NCBI RefSeq assembly: GCF_000091665.1
Contig: NC_000909.1
Coordinates: 1-32,000, forward strand
Length of the DNA stretch: 32,000 bases
Source of the DNA: Methanocaldococcus jannaschii DSM 2661
Lineage (GTDB): Archaea; AGJL01; Methanococci; Methanococcales; Methanocaldococcaceae
Direction of reading: 5' to 3'
The notes below the pieces were generated by a model. The model saw only the letters and a program-made list of their open reading frames with translations. It ran no database searches and had not been told where the DNA came from. A program made the position numbers and the translations under genes. Positions 10,006-17,657 of the stretch are shown here, piece by piece (position 1 is the stretch's first letter; each line of letters opens with the position of its first letter).

Positions 10006-10089
10006 ATTCTTTCTTTTTACTTTTAGTTATTAGATTTTCTAATATATACTTTTATATATCTTAATTTCCTATTAATGTTTTGTGGGAGT

Positions 10090-10737
10090 ATGATAGCTAT
10101 ATGCATGCGTTCCAAGGAGGGGTTTCTTTTTAACAACAAGTTGATGGATTGGGGATTGCATTACAACCCAAAGATAGTAAAAGACAACAACATTATTGGT
10201 TATCATGCTCCAATTTTGGATTTGGATAAAAAAGAGAGCATTATTATTTTAAAAAACATAATTGAAAACATTAAGGGTAGGGATTATCTAACAATCCACT
10301 TGCACAATGGAAAATATGGGAAAATTAACAAAGAGACATTAATTGAAAATTTATCGATTGTTAATGAATTTGCAGAGAAAAATGGAATAAAATTATGCAT
10401 AGAGAATTTAAGGAAAGGATTTTCATCGAATCCGAATAATATAATTGAGATAGCCGATGAAATTAACTGTTATATAACGTTTGATGTTGGGCATATTCCT
10501 TATAATAGAAGGTTGGAGTTCTTAGAAATCTGCTCAGATAGAGTTTATAACTCTCACGTTTATGAGATTGAAGTTGATGGAAAGCACCTACCACCCAAAA
10601 ATCTCAACAATTTAAAGCCGATATTGGATAGGCTCTTAGACATTAAATGTAAAATGTTTTTGATTGAATTGATGGATATTAAAGAGGTTTTAAGAACTGA
10701 GAGAATGTTAAAAGATTATTTAGAGATGTATAGGTGA
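10090..10737 (+). CDS. Sugar phosphate isomerase/epimerase-like TIM-barrel protein (xylose-isomerase-like, AP endonuclease family 2 fold)
   Basis: GYHAPILDLD, LTIHLHNG, IKLCIENLRKGFSS, CYITFDVGHIPYNRR and VYNSHVYEIEVDGKHLPP. In-frame ATG at 10090 preferred over 10075. Confidence 0.78.
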   Translation: MIAICMRSKEGFLFNNKLMDWGLHYNPKIVKDNNIIGYHAPILDLDKKESIIILKNIIENIKGRDYLTIHLHNGKYGKINKETLIENLSIVNEFAEKNGIKLCIENLRKGFSSNPNNIIEIADEINCYITFDVGHIPYNRRLEFLEICSDRVYNSHVYEIEVDGKHLPPKNLNNLKPILDRLLDIKCKMFLIELMDIKEVLRTERMLKDYLEMYR

Positions 10738-10742
10738 AATAA

Positions 10743-11573
10743 ATGATATTTAATGAAAATACTCCAAATTTTATTGATTTTAAGGAATCCTTTAAAGAAC
10801 TACCCCTATCTGATGAAACGTTTAAAATAATTGAAGAGAATGGAATAAAGCTGAGAGAAATTGCTATTGGAGAGTTTTCTGGGAGAGATAGCGTAGCGGC
10901 AATAATCAAAGCCATCGAAGAAGGGATAGATTTTGTTCTGCCGGTTGTTGCATTTACTGGGACTGACTATGGAAACATAAATATATTTTACAAAAACTGG
11001 GAGATTGTCAATAAAAGAATCAAAGAAATTGATAAGGATAAAATTTTACTGCCATTGCATTTTATGTTTGAGCCAAAACTCTGGAATGCATTAAATGGGA
11101 GATGGGTGGTTTTATCTTTTAAAAGATATGGTTATTACCGTCCATGCATTGGATGCCACGCATATTTAAGAATAATTAGGATTCCTCTGGCAAAGCACTT
11201 AGGAGGAAAGATAATTAGTGGAGAGAGACTTTATCACAATGGAGATTTCAAAATTGACCAAATAGAGGAGGTTTTAAATGTCTATAGCAAAATCTGCAGA
11301 GATTTTGATGTTGAGTTAATTCTACCTATAAGATACATAAGAGAGGGAAAGAAAATCAAAGAAATCATAGGAGAAGAATGGGAGCAAGGGGAGAAGCAAT
11401 TTTCATGTGTATTTAGTGGAAACTATAGAGATAAAGATGGAAAGGTAATTTTTGATAAGGAAGGGATTTTAAAGATGTTAAATGAATTTATCTACCCTGC
11501 TTCAGTTGAGATTTTAAAAGAAGGCTACAAAGGAAACTTTAACTATTTAAATATCGTTAAAAAGCTTATTTAG
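10743..11573 (+). CDS. Conserved protein with a PP-loop-like ATP pyrophosphatase motif
   Basis: GEFSGRDSVAAIIKAIEEGIDFVLPVVAFTGTDYG resembles the SGGxDSxA PP-loop. RPCIGCHAYLRIIR cysteine pair. Confidence 0.55.
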   Translation: MIFNENTPNFIDFKESFKELPLSDETFKIIEENGIKLREIAIGEFSGRDSVAAIIKAIEEGIDFVLPVVAFTGTDYGNINIFYKNWEIVNKRIKEIDKDKILLPLHFMFEPKLWNALNGRWVVLSFKRYGYYRPCIGCHAYLRIIRIPLAKHLGGKIISGERLYHNGDFKIDQIEEVLNVYSKICRDFDVELILPIRYIREGKKIKEIIGEEWEQGEKQFSCVFSGNYRDKDGKVIFDKEGILKMLNEFIYPASVEILKEGYKGNFNYLNIVKKLI

Positions 11574-11580
11574 TGAGAGA

Positions 11581-12867
11581 ATGAGGGCTATTTTAATTCT
11601 ATTGGATGGTTTGGGAGATAGAGCATCCGAAATTTTGAATAACAAAACTCCTCTACAATTTGCAAAGACTCCAAATTTAGATAGATTAGCTGAAAACGGC
11701 ATGTGTGGCTTAATGACTACGTATAAAGAAGGCATCCCTTTAGGGACAGAAGTAGCTCATTTTCTACTTTGGGGCTACTCCTTAGAAGAATTTCCAGGGA
11801 GAGGAGTTATTGAAGCTTTAGGGGAGGATATAGAGATAGAGAAAAATGCCATTTATCTGAGGGCATCTTTAGGCTTTGTTAAAAAGGATGAGAAGGGATT
11901 TTTAGTTATAGACAGAAGAACAAAAGATATAAGCAGAGAAGAGATTGAGAAGTTGGTTGATTCCCTCCCTACATGCGTAGATGGATATAAGTTTGAGCTT
12001 TTCTATTCTTTTGACGTCCATTTTATATTAAAAATTAAAGAAAGAAATGGATGGATTTCAGATAAAATCTCAGATTCTGACCCATTTTATAAAAATAGGT
12101 ATGTTATGAAAGTTAAAGCAATAAGAGAGCTTTGTAAAAGTGAGGTAGAGTATAGCAAGGCAAAAGACACTGCAAGGGCGTTAAATAAATATCTTTTAAA
12201 CGTCTATAAAATTCTACAAAACCATAAGATAAATAGAAAGAGAAGGAAGTTGGAGAAGATGCCAGCAAACTTTTTATTGACAAAATGGGCATCAAGATAT
12301 AAGAGGGTAGAGAGCTTTAAAGAGAAATGGGGAATGAATGCTGTTATTTTAGCAGAAAGCTCACTATTCAAAGGATTAGCTAAATTCTTAGGTATGGATT
12401 TTATAAAAATTGAGAGCTTTGAGGAAGGGATAGACTTAATTCCAGAGTTGGATTATGATTTCATCCATCTGCATACAAAAGAAACAGATGAAGCAGCTCA
12501 CACTAAAAATCCATTAAATAAGGTTAAAGTCATTGAAAAGATTGATAAGCTTATAGGAAATTTAAAGCTTAGGGAGGATGATTTACTGATAATAACTGCA
12601 GACCATTCAACTCCCTCTGTAGGGAATTTAATCCATTCTGGAGAAAGTGTGCCAATCTTATTTTACGGCAAAAATGTTAGAGTTGATAATGTTAAAGAAT
12701 TTAATGAAATAAGTTGTTCAAATGGGCATTTAAGAATAAGAGGGGAGGAATTGATGCATTTAATTTTAAACTATACGGATAGGGCTTTACTGTATGGTTT
12801 AAGGTCTGGAGATAGGTTGAGGTATTATATTCCAAAGGATGATGAAATAGATTTATTAGAGGGATAA
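11581..12867 (+). CDS. apgM: Archaeal 2,3-bisphosphoglycerate-independent phosphoglycerate mutase family (alkaline phosphatase superfamily)
   Basis: AILILLDGLGDRASEILNNKTPLQFAKTPNLDRLAENGMCGLM; DFIHLHTKETDEAAHT; IITADHSTPSVGNLIHSGESVPILFYG; ISCSNGHLRIRGEELM. Confidence 0.85.
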   Translation: MRAILILLDGLGDRASEILNNKTPLQFAKTPNLDRLAENGMCGLMTTYKEGIPLGTEVAHFLLWGYSLEEFPGRGVIEALGEDIEIEKNAIYLRASLGFVKKDEKGFLVIDRRTKDISREEIEKLVDSLPTCVDGYKFELFYSFDVHFILKIKERNGWISDKISDSDPFYKNRYVMKVKAIRELCKSEVEYSKAKDTARALNKYLLNVYKILQNHKINRKRRKLEKMPANFLLTKWASRYKRVESFKEKWGMNAVILAESSLFKGLAKFLGMDFIKIESFEEGIDLIPELDYDFIHLHTKETDEAAHTKNPLNKVKVIEKIDKLIGNLKLREDDLLIITADHSTPSVGNLIHSGESVPILFYGKNVRVDNVKEFNEISCSNGHLRIRGEELMHLILNYTDRALLYGLRSGDRLRYYIPKDDEIDLLEG

Positions 12868-12868
12868 C

Positions 12869-13462
12869 TTGATAGGAAAATTAAAGAATCTTTTTAAATT
12901 AGGAAAAGGGAAAAAAGAAGAAAAAGCTAAAAAGAGTTTAGAAGGAAAAGGATTAATTATATTTGAAAACACAAAAGACGCAATGAGAGCAGAGAGCATT
13001 TTAAAAGACAAATATAAAATTAAGGTTGTTGCTCCCCCTCCAGAAATTAGAGAGGGCTGTGATTTGGCAATAGAGTATGAATTAATAGATGAATTTGGAA
13101 TTAAAAGAGAATTAGAAAGTAATGATATAAAGCCGTTGAAGTTTATCTCTCTAAATGATTATTCTTTAAAACCTCTTGAATTAATAAAAGTTAAAGAGGT
13201 AGATGGCTTTATATTGGTCAGATGTGGAAATATGAAAATAACTATTGATAAAGAGGGAAATATAGTCAATATCTCTGGTGGAGGATGTCCAGATGTACCT
13301 TATTTAGCATTAAAATTAAAAGGAAGGAATATTAAAGATATTAAAGAGGAAGAAACACCAAAGAATTTGGGATTTACATTGTGTGCTTATATATTAAATA
13401 AGGGGTCTTCCCAACGTGGTCATTCATGGACAATTATAGATTTTGAGGTACTTTCCATTTAA
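12869..13462 (+). CDS. DUF3343-like (putative Se/S carrier-like) domain protein
   Basis: GLIIFENTKDAMRAESILKDKYKIKVVAPPPEIREGCDLAIEYE resembles DUF3343; C-terminal part CPDVPYLALKLKGRNIKDI. TTG start. The 3' end abuts the IS607-type element. Confidence 0.5.
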   Translation: MIGKLKNLFKLGKGKKEEKAKKSLEGKGLIIFENTKDAMRAESILKDKYKIKVVAPPPEIREGCDLAIEYELIDEFGIKRELESNDIKPLKFISLNDYSLKPLELIKVKEVDGFILVRCGNMKITIDKEGNIVNISGGGCPDVPYLALKLKGRNIKDIKEEETPKNLGFTLCAYILNKGSSQRGHSWTIIDFEVLSI

Positions 13463-14836
13463 ATCAACTGTATAGACCATCAGAGGGAAATCAAAGATTT
13501 GAACAAAATCCTTCGGATTTTGTAGCTCGAACCTTCGGTTCGATTTCCTTACTGGAAGCTTCGCTTCCACGTTGGGATTGGGCTTCACCAGTCTCAACTC
13601 CCCTCTGGGTTCATTGGAGAGTAAATCATCGACCTCAGCCCCAGCCACGGGAACTCCAACTCCGCCTAAGAGTTTTTTAGCTAATTCAACTCCTCTTTTA
13701 AAAATATTATAGCATCTGACAAACTGTCTATCAAAAATTCCACACTTATCGCATTTTACAACCTGCCCCTCTTGGGACTTCATTTTACTCCCACATACGG
13801 GGCAGGTTTTTGAAGTATAGTGAGGATTAACGTATAGGACAACACTCTTATACTCCAACTTTTTCGCTATTTTTCTCCAGTTAGTTCTATCCAAATTCCT
13901 ATTAAAATTCGAATTCTTATCATACATGTTGAATTTATCTAAATCTTCAAAGATGAAAATCGCATCTGGAAAGAGTTTAGACAACTGAGAAGTTAGCTTG
14001 TTAATAAAATCTTCGACTCGGTTTTTTCTCCTATTCCAGTATTTTTTCAATAATTTACCAATTCTCTTCGGAGCTTTTTTATAGATAGATTTTAGCTTAT
14101 CGGGTATGGTATCATAAACTCTCTTAATTCAATGTAATTCAGACAAATCTACTCTAATCCAGCCCTCTTCTGGATGATACAAATCTAACGACTTTAGATT
14201 ACTATCAACACCAATAACAACCTTTTTATCTAATAAATTTAACGGTTTTTTAAAGGTTATTAATGCCTCGTTATTCTTTAAAATAACTTCTCCAATGTTA
14301 AAATTTTTTAACTCTTTCGAAAAACCACTCATCTTTAATGTTTAAAATTAAATACTCTTTCTCGGTTTTATTGTAATTCTTATAATCCCATTCTTTCTAT
14401 CGTATTTCATCAAGGTAGTTTTAACTCTAACAAAAGGTCTTTTGAATATCGGTTTATTTTTCTTTCTATTAACGTTTAAATAGTTTGATTTCCAACTCTC
14501 TATTGCTGAATAAGCTGTCTTAATAGCTCCATCGACATAGTGAGAGGCAAACTCCCAGCCCTCTAATAAACGATTTCTCAACTCTCTTTTGAAATCATTG
14601 TCCTTTGGAATTTTAGGGATTAGTCGAGTAGTTGTGTAATATTTGTATTTCTTCTTTCCTATTTTGTATCGATGTTTAACTACCTTTTCCTTCCAGTTGA
14701 TGTTTTCCCAAATAATATCGATAGCTCTTTGAGAGATTTTTATAAACTCATCAGGTAAGTTTTTTAAATCGTGGTTGTGTTTAACCTTATAAGTCAATAC
14801 AATTTCGGTTGGGAGTTTATTCTTTTTCTTTGGCAT
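13424..14836 (-). pseudogene. tnpB: IS605/IS607-type TnpB (RuvC-like RNA-guided nuclease ancestor family), one frame interrupted by in-frame stops
   Basis: Track ORFs 13424-14050, 14129-14332 and 14348-14836 are all in the same frame, separated only by TGA (14126-14128) and by two TAAs (14342-14344, 14348-14350). The RuvC set is recognisable: VIGVDSNLKSLD..., IFEDLDKF, FDRQFVRCYN, with zinc ribbon CPVCGSKMKSQEGQVVKCDKCG. Confidence 0.88.
13503..13569 (-). ncRNA. Cluster of three perfect GAA-triloop hairpins at the 3' end of tnpB; candidate omega/reRNA scaffold or palindromic-element insertion
   Basis: Plus strand: ACAAAATCC-TTC-GGATTTTGT (13503-13523), TCGAACC-TTC-GGTTCGA (13527-13543), TGGAAGC-TTC-GCTTCCA (13553-13569). 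Confidence 0.35.
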
Positions 14837-15458
14837 CCTCCTCCCTTACGATTTCTTTAACTGTTTTTGTAAGCTTTTTATACTTATGAGAATGCATTCC
14901 GTAAAGTTTTCCAGCAAAGTGAGAAACGATTGTTATTAAGTCTTCTACTAACTCTTCCTGTGGTGTCTTATGCTTTTTATTTATGATTACAATTTCCGTT
15001 CCGTAAGATTTAAAGAATTCCTTTAACGTTTCAAAGCCAAATCTCGTTAATCTATCTGGATAGGCAATTATTACCTTCTCAACCTTTCGATTCATAACCA
15101 TTTTTAAAAGTTTTTTGTAATTTTTCCTCTTTTCGTTTAAACCGCTACCAATATCTTTCAGTATTTGTATATCCCAACCGTTTTCCTCTGCATAGGATTT
15201 TATTAGTTGTATTTGCCTCTCTAAATCATCTTTTTGCGCGTTAAATGAAACTCTTGCATAGCCGATAATTTTTCTTTGTTCTTTATCCTTAATTCCTAAG
15301 ATTCGTTTTATCTCACTTTCTGGAACTCTTCTTTTTCCTCCTAAGGTTCTGATACATTTAATCTTCCCTGCTTTATCCCATCGTTGCAACGTTTTAATCG
15401 AAACTCCCAAGATTTTCGATGCCTCTTTTAAAGTATAATGTCGCTCCATAATCATCAA
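14817..15458 (-). CDS. IS607-family serine recombinase (TnpA) with N-terminal MerR-type HTH
   Basis: [46 protein letters not shown]; resolvase start [29 protein letters not shown]; [11 protein letters not shown]. Confidence 0.95.
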
Positions 15459-15494
15459 TGCCTATATTTGTCTATCTAATATATAACAGTTTCG

Positions 15495-15614
15495 GAAGGG
15501 TATGATTTAGTTGATGCGATTAAATTGGCAAATAAGGCAAGTTCAATTGTTGTTGGAAAGGTTGGGACTGCAACAGTTAGTTTGGATGGATTGTTTGGTG
15601 ATGATGTTGAATAA
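15495..15614 (+). pseudogene. hldE: 3' remnant of hldE (heptose-7-phosphate kinase, PfkB C-terminus)
   Basis: Translates to EGYDLVDAIKLANKASSIVVGKVGTATVSLDGLFGDDVE-stop, matching the ANKAAxxVVGKxGTATV signature of RfaE/HldE. Confidence 0.65.
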
Positions 15615-15780
15615 GGCAATTTTTTTAGATAGGGATGGAGTTATTAATAAACGACTAATTGGAGACTATGTTAAAAAAATAGAGGAATTTGAATTACTGC
15701 CTAACGTTAGAGAGGCATTAATTGAATTTAAAAAGATGGGTTATTTGTTGATAGTTGTAACCAATCAGCAGGGTTCGAAA
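15601..15780 (+). pseudogene. gmhB: 5' remnant of gmhB (D,D-heptose 1,7-bisphosphate phosphatase, HAD family)
   Basis: MMLNKAIFLDRDGVINKRLIGDYVKKIEEFELLPNVREALIEFKKMGYLLIVVTNQQG, then homology stops abruptly. Confidence 0.75.
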
Positions 15781-15862
15781 CAGTTTTTAATTTTCTATAA
15801 CTTATAGTAGCATATCATAATAAACAAACCGTAGTTCTCATTACACATTTAAATGTTTTTAT

Positions 15863-16636
15863 TCATTTATTGATTCTTTTATGTTGTATGTTGTAAGCGA
15901 TTGTGAAGAGTAAAAGCTTAGCACTTAAACCTTTCTTGCTTACAGCTCGGATGTGCCTTGGGAATGACTCTGCCAATTTGGATAAGTTTGTTTCGATTGC
16001 CTTTCTTAATTTATTCAGCTCTTTATATTTTTTAGCTTCTTCATTCGGTTTTATCATGTTTTTTCTTTTTATTGGGATGAAATAAACGCCTCCGAGTTTA
16101 AATAGATTTTGGAGACCTTTATCAATATAGCCCTTATCTCCGATTATTACACAGTTTTTGAAGTCCCTAATGATTTCTTTATAATTTTCCTCTAAAATAT
16201 CCTTATCGTGCTGATTTGCTGGATTTATAAACAGTAACATTAAATACTTCCCATCGGTAATGAAAGTTGCTTTATATCCAAAATACCAACATTTTTTCGA
16301 TGGATTGTAACCAATACTACTGTTTTTTTAATAAGCTTTGAAATTCCTATCCTCTCATGTCGAGTTTTCCTCACAAGCTCTTTTGTTTTAATTGGCATTG
16401 CATCGATGAACAACATTTTGGGAATCGGAGCGAAGCGAAGAGCAACGAAATCACAAAGTGATTTCGTCTAATAATTGTAAATATTCAATTAAAAACTCAT
16501 ATCCACATTTATACACTCCTGCAAAATATATCATGCATAAAACCGAAAAGATTATTAAGTCGATTAGAGAGATTATCTCTCTAAGGATATAGGGTGATTT
16601 ATACTTTGCAACTATCGGATAAAACTTAGCTCGCAT
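15863..16636 (-). pseudogene. Degenerate IS982-like transposase
   Basis: IGDKGYIDKGLQNLFKLGGVYFIPIKRKNM...RKAIETNLSKLAESFPRHIRAVSKKGLSAKLLLFTIAYNI, and in the upstream part KMLFIDAMPIKTKELVRKTRHERIG. Split across frames, with ORF fragments 15863-16240 and 16451-16636. Confidence 0.65.
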
Positions 16637-16754
16637 AAGCTTTATTAAACGCTTAACTCTCGGAATTTTTGATTTTTTGATAACGCTATCACCTCCACTA
16701 TTTTTTATCGATATATTAAAGTTAAGAGTTTATATATTTATCTATTTGATGGGA

Positions 16755-17457
16755 GAGACTGTCAAGTTAAGTTTTTATCAAAATATTGATAAAAAATAAT
16801 AAAATATGAGGCTCACAATAGAAGTTATAAAGGAGAAAATCGTAGAGAGGAAGCTTTTTAAAAGGAATAGGAAATCGATAGAGGTTAAAATCTTAGCAGG
16901 GCTTTTGTATTACCTCGGATTATCGTTAAGGAAGGTAAGTTTATTCCTTTCCCAATTCGAAGACATAAGCCACGAATCGGTTAGAATTTATTATCACAAG
17001 ATTAAAGAAGTTTTAAACGAGCCAGAAAGAAAGGAAAGAAACTTAATTGCAATCGATGAGATTAAACTAAAGGTTGGAGACAAATATATTTATGCATGGT
17101 CTGCCATCGATGTAGAAACGAAAGAATGCTTAGGAGTTTATATATCGAAGACAAGAAATTACCTCGATACTATATTATTCGTTAAGAGTATATTAAAATT
17201 TTGCTCGAATAAGCCAAAGATTTTAGTTGACGGTGGAAAGTGGTATCCGTGGGCGTTGCGAAAATTAGGCTTAGAATTCGAAAAAGTTAAATTCGGACTA
17301 AGAAATTGTGTAGAAAGCTTCTTCTCAGTGCTTAAACGAAGAACAAAAGCATTCTTTAATAGGTTTCCTAATAATAGTAAATTCGATACAGTTATTAGCT
17401 GGATTAAAAGCTTCATGATGTTCTACAATTGGGTAAAATCATTAACTTGACAGTCTC
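16755..17457 (+). mobile_element. Complete IS6-family-like insertion sequence, 703 bp
   Basis: Perfect 16-bp terminal inverted repeats GAGACTGTCAAGTTAA (16755-16770) and TTAACTTGACAGTCTC (17442-17457) enclosing one transposase ORF. Confidence 0.92.
16806..17450 (+). CDS. IS6-family-like DDE transposase
   Basis: [43 protein letters not shown] and [22 protein letters not shown] provide the D-D-E triad. Confidence 0.9.
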   Translation: MRLTIEVIKEKIVERKLFKRNRKSIEVKILAGLLYYLGLSLRKVSLFLSQFEDISHESVRIYYHKIKEVLNEPERKERNLIAIDEIKLKVGDKYIYAWSAIDVETKECLGVYISKTRNYLDTILFVKSILKFCSNKPKILVDGGKWYPWALRKLGLEFEKVKFGLRNCVESFFSVLKRRTKAFFNRFPNNSKFDTVISWIKSFMMFYNWVKSLT

Positions 17458-17657
17458 GAAAGATAATAAAAATTTTATATTTAATAAAACTAATATATAG
17501 ATAATATATAGATATAAATTAAGTTAATATATTTAAAAATATTTAAAAAACTTAATAATAATATTTATCTAAATATTTATATATTATTTGGAAAGAAAAA
17601 AGCATATATAACTATTAACTTTTAAAATTTGATATATGGGTAATTAGGTGGTGTATA

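Larger units (their letters stand above)
13465..15495 (-). mobile_element. IS607-type element (TnpA + degenerate TnpB)
   Basis: Gene content tnpA-tnpB in the same orientation. The 15495 boundary is inferred from the abrupt start of an hldE remnant. The 13465 boundary is approximate, because IS607 elements lack terminal inverted repeats. Confidence 0.7.

Noticed and set aside
13490-13580. Possible tRNA remnant or attachment site (strings such as gatttgaac and tcgaacc).
   Set aside because: No cloverleaf can be formed; the strings are parts of short perfect hairpins.
13424-15495. Active RNA-guided TnpB defence or homing system.
   Set aside because: The tnpB frame has at least three stop codons, so a functional nuclease cannot be claimed from sequence alone.
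15511-15807. Track ORF of 98 aa as one protein.
   Set aside because: Its first ~30 residues are the wrong frame of the hldE remnant. Only residues from 15601 on are homologous (GmhB), and the final residues after NQQG come from unrelated flanking sequence.
15781-16754. Terminal inverted repeats for the IS982-like element.
   Set aside because: No convincing complementary ends could be paired by eye; only the degraded transposase is reported.
16747-17465. 8-bp target-site duplication around the IS6-like element.
   Set aside because: Flanks tgatggga and gaagataa do not match, so no duplication is claimed; it may be lost.
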